A DNA stretch of 64,000 nt from a virus (lineage: Duplodnaviria > Caudoviricetes), in IMG/VR virus record IMGVR_UViG_3300037361_000044, positions 96,001 to 160,000 of that record. One strand, 5' to 3'. Made by a program: the position numbers and the translations under genes. This document shows, one piece after another, positions 19,019-27,844 of the stretch. Below the pieces are notes generated by a model. It saw only the letters and a program-made list of their open reading frames with translations, searched no databases and was not told the DNA's origin. The first letter of the stretch is position 1; every line of letters starts with the position of its first letter.

Positions 19019-19671
19019 GTGGTTCTCCTGCCCATGCCACGACCACCAGTCACAGGCACACCGCGTGCCCCTCTGACGTTGGAGTTTCTGGTTGTGCCCT
19101 CGAACTCCTGGCGGCGAATCTCCACGGTCCGTGAGTGGAGCGCCTGCTCGTCTCCAGTGCCGTCAACGCGGGCTCCCAGCCTGAGAACTACCTCTTTCTG
19201 GAATAGCTTCTCTGTCTGAAGCTCTCGGTAACGGGGGTTCCTGCCAATCTTGTCCGTCATCTCTTGCGCGGATGGTGCTTTCAAGCCGCCTTTGGCCGTA
19301 GTCTTCTGGTTGTGTTTCCGCTCCGAGGTGCGAATACGGCGACCGATGTCGTCCATCTCCGCCTCTATCTCCAGTAGTCGCGCCTGGTGCTCTGCCAGCT
19401 TCTGCCTAAGGTAGGTCAGCCAGGCTGTCCTCTTCTCGTAGAGCTCCATGTACGCGTTGCTGTCCGTGGTTGTGAGCGCTTTTGGCGTCATTTCCGGGTA
19501 GTCGAACAGCGGCTCTTTGGGGATGGGGCATCCCACCACCATGTGCAGGTACTCGGTCACCTTTGAGGTAACCGACCACTGCTGGCGAATGTCTTCTTCT
19601 TCGGTGGCGCCGACACCATCCAGTACCTCATCGAGGTGTAGGCCACCCATGTGCTGTGGTTCTCTGTTCAT
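19015..19671 (-). CDS. Coiled-coil hypothetical protein (possibly a UvsY-like recombination mediator)
   Basis: Helical, charged ORF inside the recombination cluster. Confidence 0.45.
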   Translation of the reverse strand: MNREPQHMGGLHLDEVLDGVGATEEEDIRQQWSVTSKVTEYLHMVVGCPIPKEPLFDYPEMTPKALTTTDSNAYMELYEKRTAWLTYLRQKLAEHQARLLEIEAEMDDIGRRIRTSERKHNQKTTAKGGLKAPSAQEMTDKIGRNPRYRELQTEKLFQKEVVLRLGARVDGTGDEQALHSRTVEIRRQEFEGTTRNSNVRGARGVPVTGGRGMGRRTT

Positions 19672-20591
19672 GTGACTGGTGTCCTGGGCACACGCATACC
19701 GCTAGGCCCGTGGCGCTTCAAGCGCCTTTCTTGTACTTGCCTGTCTTTCTTGTATTGCTTGCTTCTTTCCTTCCGTTCCAGGCACTCCGGCTTGCACACC
19801 CAGGAGTAGCCGCAGAACTGGCAGCCGATTCCCTCCACACGAGGGGGTAGCTCATTGATGACCGCCAAGTGGCGGACTTCCTTTGTTTCCTGCTCGATGA
19901 CGTTCCAGAGCTTGTGGTCGAAAGGGAACAGGTACGGGCTTGTGCTGGGGATGATGTTCTGGTTCCCCTTGTTGACGTACATCGTGTACAGCAGGGGGAC
20001 GTCCAGGCACTTCATGTAGACGCAGGTCTGGCGGAGATGTTGGGGATCGGGCTCCGTCAGCTTCTCGTACTCTTTGGGGGACTTGGTCTTGATCTCCAGA
20101 CCTACCCGCATCGTGGCTGCCCCCCATGAGTGCTCATAGAAGATGAACACGCCATCGCAGCTGGATTCGATGCCGTACTGCTCGGCTACCAGCTGCAACG
20201 TTGGGTCGATGCGAACCTCCTTCTGGAAGGACAGGAAGCCCTTGCTCCTCTCGCAGAGTCGACGCCAGTCCTCTTGGATCATGGCGTGGTACATGTGCCC
20301 GATGCGGAACCTCTTCTTCCAGAAGGGGTCTAGGTCCGCATCTACGCGCTTTTCACCCTTCAGGGAGTACCATACTGTGCGTCGGCACTCGCCAGACATC
20401 TCCGAAGCGTGGATGCCCTGAGATCGTTGCTTGGCCCCGTGCCAGCCGGCCACAAAAGCCACGTCCTCATCATCGTTACGAATGAAGTCCTCGTACATGA
20501 TGCTGAGGTCCGAGGCCCATTGCATGTAACTGGCTACCTGGTCCTTTGGCTCAGTCGTCAGGTCCTTGATGGTTACAAGACCCATAGTCAC
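19668..20591 (-). CDS. Cas4-like PD-(D/E)XK exonuclease
   Basis: HASE...C.R, G...H, CDG, LEIKT, Q...YM and C-terminal CQFCGYSWVC (four-Cys Fe-S pattern). Confidence 0.75.
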   Translation of the reverse strand: MTMGLVTIKDLTTEPKDQVASYMQWASDLSIMYEDFIRNDDEDVAFVAGWHGAKQRSQGIHASEMSGECRRTVWYSLKGEKRVDADLDPFWKKRFRIGHMYHAMIQEDWRRLCERSKGFLSFQKEVRIDPTLQLVAEQYGIESSCDGVFIFYEHSWGAATMRVGLEIKTKSPKEYEKLTEPDPQHLRQTCVYMKCLDVPLLYTMYVNKGNQNIIPSTSPYLFPFDHKLWNVIEQETKEVRHLAVINELPPRVEGIGCQFCGYSWVCKPECLERKERSKQYKKDRQVQERRLKRHGPSGMRVPRTPVT

Positions 20592-20926
20592 TCCTTGTTT
20601 TGCTGGGCAAGCCAGACTTCATACGGCACAGCTACCCAGTGATCTTCGGTGCGTCCGTTAGCGTCGATGAACGTAACGTCCAGCACCGGTGTTTCGTCGA
20701 AGGCACACTCGCTTCGAATCTTGTCCAGAATCTCACGAGACATGGAGAAGGACATCTTCTTGGTGAACTTGCATTCAGCCCTGAACTTTCCCTTCTTCCG
20801 AACATCGCCCTTAGCCCACGGGAGGCACCCAGAACCCTTCTGGGTCTTACCTCCCGCTTCGTTTGCTAGCTTTGCTTCTTGTCTCCGAGAGCGCCTCTTG
20901 TTTTGCTTCGGGGTGAAGACGGACAT
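20588..20926 (-). CDS. Small PD-(D/E)XK nuclease / Holliday junction resolvase-like
   Basis: QE..LA...GG....GSG.....GDV......ECK.T motif. Confidence 0.65.
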   Translation of the reverse strand: MSVFTPKQNKRRSRRQEAKLANEAGGKTQKGSGCLPWAKGDVRKKGKFRAECKFTKKMSFSMSREILDKIRSECAFDETPVLDVTFIDANGRTEDHWVAVPYEVWLAQQNKE

Positions 20927-22308
20927 CAGCAGTAGATGCCAGAGACGCCCGCAACCATGCACACCTCGCGGCGCACGTCCCATTCGACCTCCGGAGCCTC
21001 CTGCAGTGCCTGGACGAACTGCTCCTTGCCATCGATCTGGCAGAGGTAGTCGTCCGGCTTGCCGTTGCGGAAGAAGGTGAACTTTCCTCCCGCCTCGCGG
21101 ATGACCCCATAGCGAAGGCCTGCCAGGAGCACGGTGTTGTACAGGTTGAAGCCACGCTCATCGTAGTAGTAGGGTGTGTCTCCTACGATGTTGTCGTGGG
21201 TGCCTTCTCTGCCCTTTGGCATCTTCCAGTTGATTTGCTTACCGACCACCACCTTGCTGCTGCCCTCCTTGAGCTTCTCACCGCTGCTCACCTGTACGTG
21301 GATTGCGCGCCAATGCTGCAGCGCCCAGGCGGACTTGTCGTCGGAGTAGTCTGGCAAGTACTTCTGCATGGGCCCAGGTGCTTCCGCCTTCTTGCGGTTG
21401 GTTCGAACCTGGGTGGTCATCATAAGCGTGGTGTAGTGCTCGGGGCTTCGTTTGATTGGACCGTAGTGCTGCATAAACCTGGTGATGAGGTTGGCACGGG
21501 CTGCCTGCTGAGCGTTGTCCTCGAGGGAGTCCAGACCAGCCTCTGCCCCGGGTATGAGGCTTTCGTAGCTGTCCAGGCCGATGATGCCGTACAGGTTGGA
21601 CCGGAGCAGGTCCTCAGTAGCATCCAGGATCTCCTCCATGGTCCCGGTCTCGATGATGGTGTTGGTGCCTACACTTCTGCGAAGCTCAGCCACCTCTTCC
21701 TTGGTGAGCGGTGGGTACCCCTGCTCCTCTCTCGACAGCTGCATGGCCTCGATGACGTTGAGCGGAAGCGGCACGATCCATCCGCAACGTCGAGCTTGGA
21801 TGTAGTCGATCCCTCCCTCAGGCGCGCCTAGGGCGATGAATGAGTAGTCCCCGTAAATACGCTGATGCTGCGCGAAGGTGTAATAGAGCAGCGTTGACTT
21901 GCTTGCCTGAGGTGGACCGCCGATCGTGACAAAGGACTGCGCAGGGAAGCCGCCGCCCAGGTCTACGTCCAATTGCAGGATGCCTGTGGGTCGGCGCAAG
22001 TACGAGTTCGAGCAGGCACTATCGGCAGGTATGACAATGGGCGGGCCGTCTTTTCCGCTGATGGAGGTGTTGATCTTGTTCAGCGTGGCGTTTACTTTGG
22101 CCTGCTGCTGCGCCAGTGTGGTGTTGGGGCGCCCTGCTAATCTCTTCACCTTAGCCCCGCCCTTACCAATCGCTGGTGCGCGGGGAGCCGGTGTTCTTGG
22201 CGGGCTGGGGGCTACGGCCGCTTTGCTTGTAGTCCCCTTTGCCACCTTCGGTGCAGCCTTTGCTGCTGTCTTCTTCGCAACCTTCTTCTTCTTCTTCGCA
22301 GCCATCAT
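20926..22308 (-). CDS. recA: RecA/UvsX-like recombinase with Lys/Ala-rich N-terminal tail
   Basis: PTGILQLDVDLGGGFP, Walker A variant GPPQASKST, Walker B IIGLDS, TQVR. Confidence 0.8.
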   Translation of the reverse strand: MMAAKKKKKVAKKTAAKAAPKVAKGTTSKAAVAPSPPRTPAPRAPAIGKGGAKVKRLAGRPNTTLAQQQAKVNATLNKINTSISGKDGPPIVIPADSACSNSYLRRPTGILQLDVDLGGGFPAQSFVTIGGPPQASKSTLLYYTFAQHQRIYGDYSFIALGAPEGGIDYIQARRCGWIVPLPLNVIEAMQLSREEQGYPPLTKEEVAELRRSVGTNTIIETGTMEEILDATEDLLRSNLYGIIGLDSYESLIPGAEAGLDSLEDNAQQAARANLITRFMQHYGPIKRSPEHYTTLMMTTQVRTNRKKAEAPGPMQKYLPDYSDDKSAWALQHWRAIHVQVSSGEKLKEGSSKVVVGKQINWKMPKGREGTHDNIVGDTPYYYDERGFNLYNTVLLAGLRYGVIREAGGKFTFFRNGKPDDYLCQIDGKEQFVQALQEAPEVEWDVRREVCMVAGVSGIYC

Positions 22309-22463
22309 TCCCTTTTCTTCTCGAACGGTTTTGTGCCGCAATTGGGGCAAATGAGTAGGTGGCCATGCCGTTCGCACTTGGCCCCGCACTCAGGGCAGCC
22401 TTGGGCAGCTGCCTTTTCCATCACGTCTTGCTCTACCGATTCGTCAACTCCGAGCTTGTCCAT
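22305..22463 (-). CDS. Small zinc-ribbon protein
   Basis: CPECG...CPNCG. Confidence 0.6.
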   Translation of the reverse strand: MDKLGVDESVEQDVMEKAAAQGCPECGAKCERHGHLLICPNCGTKPFEKKRE

Positions 22464-22764
22464 TTGTTTTCTCCAGGTTCTGCAGGGCTCTTGAGAAGTC
22501 CGTGCGTGCCTTGGAGAAGTGTACCCCAAAACCACGCCCAACGCTGGGCGCTGGGTGGGTTCCCCGGTACTGGACCAGGTTGCTTGTATTGGCCAGCCGC
22601 GGTCTGGTGAGTACGAACTTCCCGAAGCCGGCCAGTACAACCGGTTCACCCCGTGCCACCGCGTCTATGATCTTCCGCAGGAACAGCGCTGTGGTGCAGG
22701 CGGTGTCAGCTAGGGTGCTGCCAACCTCCTGAGCCACCTCTCTATCCAGATCGGCCTTGTTCAT
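22444..22764 (-). CDS. HU/IHF-family DNA-binding protein
   Basis: MNKADL...VA, GEPVVLAGFGKF. Confidence 0.8.
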   Translation of the reverse strand: MNKADLDREVAQEVGSTLADTACTTALFLRKIIDAVARGEPVVLAGFGKFVLTRPRLANTSNLVQYRGTHPAPSVGRGFGVHFSKARTDFSRALQNLEKTNGQARS

Positions 22765-22766
22765 GG

Positions 22767-23510
22767 TCAGTCCTCGTCGGGTACCTGAATGCACTCGAAG
22801 GGGAAGCCAAGCGCGCCGCCCTTGAAGGCAGCTTCGGGAACAATCTTCAACCAGCGTGGAGGGTCGTTCCGGAAATAGAACCCCCGCGACTGCGCCTGGT
22901 CCTTATCCGCCTTGGACACCATAGCCTTCACGGTAATGTGCGGCTCCATCGCTTGCTCCACAAGCTCCACCAAGTCGTAGCCAAGCTCATGCACCTTGGT
23001 CAGAAGCCGGGCGATGATGTCGCAGTCCGTGAGCGCGCGGTGGGCGGAGATGACAGGTACGCCGTGCGCCAGCGCTATGGATACCAGGCTCTTGCTGCCG
23101 TACTTGTTGGGCCAATGGATGTTGGCTAGCGTGCACACCCACTTCTTCTCGTCCACCAGACCCTTGTCGATAGTACCTGCCTGTTTCAGCATGCGCTTGT
23201 CGAAGGTCGCACTGTGGGCAAGTACGGCGCCAGCCCTGTCCATGAGATCGTGCAGTACTGCAGACGCTGGCGAGTTCTCTAAGGCCGTGGATAGGTCCAG
23301 CAGCGACTGCGGTATCCCGTGCACTTCTTCCGCTGTCATCCCACCAATGCTGCTGGGTGGAGGGGTCTTCACGGGGATGAGCGTGGAGAACGTGGTTACT
23401 GGTGCCGCGTGGACCAGGCTGTACAGAATCATGGCCACTTCGACTACTAGGTCTGAGTGGCGGAAGCCGGTGGTCTCGGTGTCGGTGATGAGTATTAGGT
23501 CTAGTGACAT
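22767..23510 (-). CDS. DEDDh 3'-5' exonuclease (DnaQ/epsilon-like)
   Basis: DTETTG, AHSATFD, HRALTD. Confidence 0.85.
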   Translation of the reverse strand: MSLDLILITDTETTGFRHSDLVVEVAMILYSLVHAAPVTTFSTLIPVKTPPPSSIGGMTAEEVHGIPQSLLDLSTALENSPASAVLHDLMDRAGAVLAHSATFDKRMLKQAGTIDKGLVDEKKWVCTLANIHWPNKYGSKSLVSIALAHGVPVISAHRALTDCDIIARLLTKVHELGYDLVELVEQAMEPHITVKAMVSKADKDQAQSRGFYFRNDPPRWLKIVPEAAFKGGALGFPFECIQVPDED

Positions 23511-23517
23511 GTGGTTC

Positions 23518-25572
23518 CTACTTAGCTGAGCCCCAGGAGGGACCCGATCCGACGTCGGCAAGCAGTGGTACGCCGATGTCCGTGGGGAATGGATGTTCCA
23601 TCCACTCGTGGATTCTGTTCTTTACCTCAGGTACGCTGTCGATGGGGCACTCTCCAACGATTTCATCGTGGACCTGCAGGCACATGCGATAGCCGTATTT
23701 CTCGCGAAGCTCCACGTCTTGGTAGAGGTGAATCATCGCCATCTTGCAGGCCTCTGCGGCGGTACCCTGAATGGGCATGTTGGAGGCTTGGCGTTCGGCT
23801 CTGAATCGAATGTAGTCCTTCTTGGCGTTGATGTTGGGTAGGCGTCGGCGCCTGCCAAGGAACGTGTACGCAGCTCCGTGCTCGCGGGCTAGTTCGCCTG
23901 CCTCGTCGAAGAACATCTGCACGGCCGGGTATTTGGCCATGTACTGTTCGATCTTTGCTTCAGCCTCCTCCACGGAGCAGCCCATGCGTGCAGCCATGGC
24001 CTTCTCCTTCATACCGTAGTTCAAGCCGAACCCGATGGTCTTGGCGTCACCACGTGCTTTGAGGCATTGCAGCACGTACTTGGTCATCTCCGTAGGCGGT
24101 AACTTCCCTTCCTTGACCTGCTTGTCCACCTTCTTGGCTAGTACAATATCGTCGTAGGGAAGGTCAAACACAAGGGAGGCGTTACCCATGTGGATGTCCC
24201 AGTTCCTGTGAAAGATGGCCATCATGGCCGGTTCCTGTGAGGCAGCTGCCAGGATGCGCATCTCTAGCTGCGAGTAGTCAGCCACCACCATCGAATAGCC
24301 AGGCGCGGCAATGAACGCGTTACGAAGGTGGAACCTATCCTTCTCGCCAGTCGTGACGTTCTGCATGTTAGGGTCGCTCGAGGAGAGGCGTCCCGTGCGT
24401 GCTACGTCTTGGTTCAACTTCATGTGCACACGGTCTTCGCTATCGAGCCGTGCCGGCATCTTCTGGATGTACGTACTGTACTGCTTGGAGATGGCCTCGT
24501 GCTCTACCAAGAGCTTGGCCACCTTTCCTACGGTGGTTCCTGGCCTATCGTCGGCAATCCACTGTAAGAACTTCGCATCGACTGACGGCTTCTTTACACC
24601 TGACTTGCCGCCCTTGGTCATCTTGTGCGGTCGTATGCCGTTCTCTTCGCAGAAGTACTTGGCTAGACCTGGACCACCGGTCTTCATGAGGCGCCCTGTG
24701 AGGCTGTTTATCTCGAAGCGCAGTGCCTCCATGTCACTGATGATGCTGGGTGTGATCTTCTCCAGGTAGGGGCGGTCCACTCGTAGACCGTTTCTCTCGC
24801 ATGCGTAGAGGACACGGGTGAATGGCACCTCCGTCTGGTCGTAGTAGTCCTTCATCGTTCTGATGTAGGGCCACTGGTCGTCGTAGAAGCTCTGTACAGG
24901 GGTCTCCGACATCTCCTTGGCTAACAGCTGTTCCAGTTTCCACGTGCCGTAGGCGTCGTTGGCAGCGTAGTCGATGAGCTTCCCCATGTTCTCTTGCTCT
25001 GCCTTGTGCAGCACATCGAGTGGGGAGATCTGCCGGAACATGCCGCAGCCGGTCTTCTTGCAGTAGCCAGTCTTGTTCTCGTGGGCAGCCTGCGTGGCAC
25101 CACAGCGGCATACGCCCTTGCGTACTCTGCCGAAGGTGTCTTCGAAGTTGGTCCATTTCCAACCCAGCATGCGTAGCGCCATCTCCTTCAAGCCGTGTGG
25201 CTCCTCGTCGTACAGGAGCGCGTGCATTACGGAGACATCTACGAGTCTCCCGGCGATGTTGACACCGCGGTTGGCGCACATGTGAACATCGAACTTTGCG
25301 TTGGCGAAGATCCAGTTCTTGTTCAAGTCCGCGAAGGAGTACTTGAACGCCTGCATGGTTTCCGCCGGCATTGTGAGTCTGCGGTCTCTCCCGTTTGAAC
25401 TTGTCCAACTCAAGGACCAGTAGAACGGCTTGCAACGCATGAGGTCGAGACCGTCGGTCTCGGTGTCGATGGCCACCTTCTTCTGGTCGTAGACCTCTCT
25501 GACGACGCCATCTAGGGCTGGGTCACTCAGCGTGTAGTACTCGGCGTCTGGTACGTCTAGGTTCCATGCCAT
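23518..25572 (-). CDS. polA: Family A DNA polymerase with 3'-5' exonuclease domain
   Basis: DTET, NAKFD, YAAND; RTGRLSSSDPNMQN; ADYSQLEMR; AKTIGFGLNYG; QVHDEI. Confidence 0.95.
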   Translation of the reverse strand: MAWNLDVPDAEYYTLSDPALDGVVREVYDQKKVAIDTETDGLDLMRCKPFYWSLSWTSSNGRDRRLTMPAETMQAFKYSFADLNKNWIFANAKFDVHMCANRGVNIAGRLVDVSVMHALLYDEEPHGLKEMALRMLGWKWTNFEDTFGRVRKGVCRCGATQAAHENKTGYCKKTGCGMFRQISPLDVLHKAEQENMGKLIDYAANDAYGTWKLEQLLAKEMSETPVQSFYDDQWPYIRTMKDYYDQTEVPFTRVLYACERNGLRVDRPYLEKITPSIISDMEALRFEINSLTGRLMKTGGPGLAKYFCEENGIRPHKMTKGGKSGVKKPSVDAKFLQWIADDRPGTTVGKVAKLLVEHEAISKQYSTYIQKMPARLDSEDRVHMKLNQDVARTGRLSSSDPNMQNVTTGEKDRFHLRNAFIAAPGYSMVVADYSQLEMRILAAASQEPAMMAIFHRNWDIHMGNASLVFDLPYDDIVLAKKVDKQVKEGKLPPTEMTKYVLQCLKARGDAKTIGFGLNYGMKEKAMAARMGCSVEEAEAKIEQYMAKYPAVQMFFDEAGELAREHGAAYTFLGRRRRLPNINAKKDYIRFRAERQASNMPIQGTAAEACKMAMIHLYQDVELREKYGYRMCLQVHDEIVGECPIDSVPEVKNRIHEWMEHPFPTDIGVPLLADVGSGPSWGSAK

Positions 25573-25610
25573 GGCTAAGAGAGAAGGCCCCCACAGGTGT
25601 AGGGGCCCTC
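25573..25610 (-). terminator. Hairpin + CTCTCTTAGCC terminator-like element
   Basis: GGCCCC...GGGGCC stem with the GGCTAAGAG flank seen at the other junctions. Confidence 0.45.
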
Positions 25611-25626
25611 CACCTTTCTGTGCTCG

Positions 25627-26832
25627 TTAGGCTGTTGGTCGGTACGGGCGCGTGCCCTTGCTTATCGGTTGACGGGTACCCTTCGGCACCGTGTCGGTCA
25701 TGACGTCGTCATCACCCGGAGGTACACCGAACAATGACTCTTGGCGTTCCAAACTGTCCGGCATGAAGATCTTCGGCAGGTCCAGCGGTTGCCGCAAGTC
25801 TTCTCCGTACATGTCTGCAATCGGCCGCGGCCCCATGGCCCCCGTGATTTGCAGAGCGGTCTGGTTACCGCCGTCCTTGGCAGTGGTTTCAACCCGCTTC
25901 ACCTTCAAGTCGAAGTCGAATAGGGTTGCCGGCTCTCCTTGATCACAGTTGTTACACTGGACCATGTCCTCGAGGTAGTCGGTAGCGCCGCAATGCGGGC
26001 AACGAGCTTCCTCAGTACGTAGCCGCTCCAAGTCTTCCTCATCCAGGGCCGTAGTGGACATGTCCACCACTGCTTCACCACAGTGTTGACAGATGAATGC
26101 CAGCTCTTCGATGGTGTCCGTACCGCCACACGTGTGGCAATTCTTGGCTAGGCTGTCTGCAAACTCTTGCAGCACTGCCCAGTGACCATAGGTCATTGAC
26201 CAATGCATCACGTGCCCTTCTTTGCGCTCGTACCCAGCCGCCGCGTACTCATCGTTCCCGCGTTTGGACCCCTTTACCCAGTTGTAGTAGGGCTCGTGGG
26301 TATTCGGGTTGATCTTCTCGTTGCCGTTAGCGTCCCTGTCAGGGACTTTGTAGAACGGTGCCTGTACCAGCACCGAGAAGGCCCACTTCTCACTGCGACG
26401 CATAGCATTTGGGTGCTTCGCCTTGTGCTTGTTGCGCTGGCGCCACTCCCACCAGTACCAATCGGCGGCGAGGCAAGGTTCTCCCTTACCTTTGAACATG
26501 CCGAGAGGACCTTCGGAGCCGATAACGCCGCGTTGCCTCACCCCATGGAAGTAGTCAACGTACTTCCAGAATGGCGTGAGGTCCGTGATGATTTGACCGG
26601 CATCATTGTAGTAGTAGTCTCTGTTGTCTTGGTCGATCCTGGGTGTCGGGTACGAGCCCTGTAGTATGCGGATGATGTCCGCAGGTCCGGTAGTGGGCGG
26701 CAAGTAGCGGTTGCGGAAGTTTGCTCCGCCTCCACCACCTCCCCCTCGAGGCGCACGCTGGGTGCTCCTCTTCATTTGCTGTCGTAGGTTAGCTCTGCCT
26801 GGTGTTACAGGTCGACTTTTTCCGAATGCCAT
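25627..26832 (-). CDS. Putative single-stranded DNA-binding protein with double zinc-ribbon insertion
   Basis: Lies between primase and polymerase; gp32-like features (IIRIL, H, C, FSVL, KR, DL..IF.P); four CxxC pairs. Confidence 0.5.
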   Translation of the reverse strand: MAFGKSRPVTPGRANLRQQMKRSTQRAPRGGGGGGGANFRNRYLPPTTGPADIIRILQGSYPTPRIDQDNRDYYYNDAGQIITDLTPFWKYVDYFHGVRQRGVIGSEGPLGMFKGKGEPCLAADWYWWEWRQRNKHKAKHPNAMRRSEKWAFSVLVQAPFYKVPDRDANGNEKINPNTHEPYYNWVKGSKRGNDEYAAAGYERKEGHVMHWSMTYGHWAVLQEFADSLAKNCHTCGGTDTIEELAFICQHCGEAVVDMSTTALDEEDLERLRTEEARCPHCGATDYLEDMVQCNNCDQGEPATLFDFDLKVKRVETTAKDGGNQTALQITGAMGPRPIADMYGEDLRQPLDLPKIFMPDSLERQESLFGVPPGDDDVMTDTVPKGTRQPISKGTRPYRPTA

Positions 26833-26872
26833 TTTTGTTCTTCCGTGGCCACTTAGGGGCCGTTGTATTTGC

Positions 26873-27844
26873 TCAGAATAGAGCCATCAGTTGGTAGTCC
26901 GTCGCGGACTGAATCAGCCCTTTTACTTCCTCACGAGGAACTCCGTCGGGCTGCAACGCATCGTATTCCACAATGCGTACGTCGGGGCAAAATGTAGCCA
27001 GTTCTTTGCTGATTGTTATGGTCCCGTCGATGCCGGCGTCGTCGTTATCCAGCATCAGGATGAATGGTCCTCCCATCTTTTGTAGTATCCAACGCTGTGC
27101 CCAGCTTAGTGTTTTGGTCATCAGACCGACTACGTTGGGAACTTGTGCCTGCCAGACCCACATGCAGGCCTTGAAGCCTTCCACGATTACAATCGGTACG
27201 TTGGAGGCCTTCATGACCTCCGGGAATACCACGTGGGCATTCCAGAGCAGGTTGCTCTTGTCCGTGTCGTAAGGCGGAAGCTCCCAGTGCCGGTACTCCT
27301 CCTTGTAAACCTTGTACCTGGACTCCATGTGTTCCAACCGCGCGCGCCCGCTGATGCCAACTAGGTTGCCGTGCAGGTCACGCAGAGGGTAGGTTGTCCG
27401 GTTGTGGTACTCGTCCACGCCTATACCGAAGTGCAGCAGAGTCTCCTCATCGAACCCATCATCCAGCAGGTCCTCAGGGCACTTGTGGAACATCCCCAAG
27501 ATGTCACCGGGTATGTGGGCATTGGTGTCGTGCACCACCACGCCTGGCTTAGTGGGGTCCGGTGGCGGTGGAAGGTTGTCCTTCAGGGACTTCAGCGTTT
27601 GCCCGTAGTGGTAGCGGATCTCGTCGGAGGTTAGCCCAACCTTCCTGAGGAAGCTGTTGAACGTGCCCTTCTCACCACACGCGTAGCAGATGTAGAGTCC
27701 GTTCTGCGTGTTCATGGCGAAGGAGGGGCTGTTGTCGGTATGGAAGGGGCACCTCATGATGACGTTGGTAGGGCCCGCTTTCCTGATGGGCCCATCTATG
27801 TACTGCTCCAATGTGGACAGCACTTTGTCAGACGCTGCTTTCAT
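26873..27844 (-). CDS. dnaG: DNA primase (CHC2 zinc finger + TOPRIM)
   Basis: CPFH...SF......CYAC; ISGR; IVEG; LDNDDAG. Confidence 0.9.
   Translation of the reverse strand: MKAASDKVLSTLEQYIDGPIRKAGPTNVIMRCPFHTDNSPSFAMNTQNGLYICYACGEKGTFNSFLRKVGLTSDEIRYHYGQTLKSLKDNLPPPPDPTKPGVVVHDTNAHIPGDILGMFHKCPEDLLDDGFDEETLLHFGIGVDEYHNRTTYPLRDLHGNLVGISGRARLEHMESRYKVYKEEYRHWELPPYDTDKSNLLWNAHVVFPEVMKASNVPIVIVEGFKACMWVWQAQVPNVVGLMTKTLSWAQRWILQKMGGPFILMLDNDDAGIDGTITISKELATFCPDVRIVEYDALQPDGVPREEVKGLIQSATDYQLMALF

Noticed and set aside
19668-20591. CRISPR-Cas system suggested by the Cas4-like gene
   Set aside because: No repeat-spacer array or other cas genes were seen; the context is recombination.
11161-25610. 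Two hairpins (11161 and 25585) sharing CCCCACAGGT
   Set aside because: Only two copies, in opposite transcriptional contexts; could be chance.
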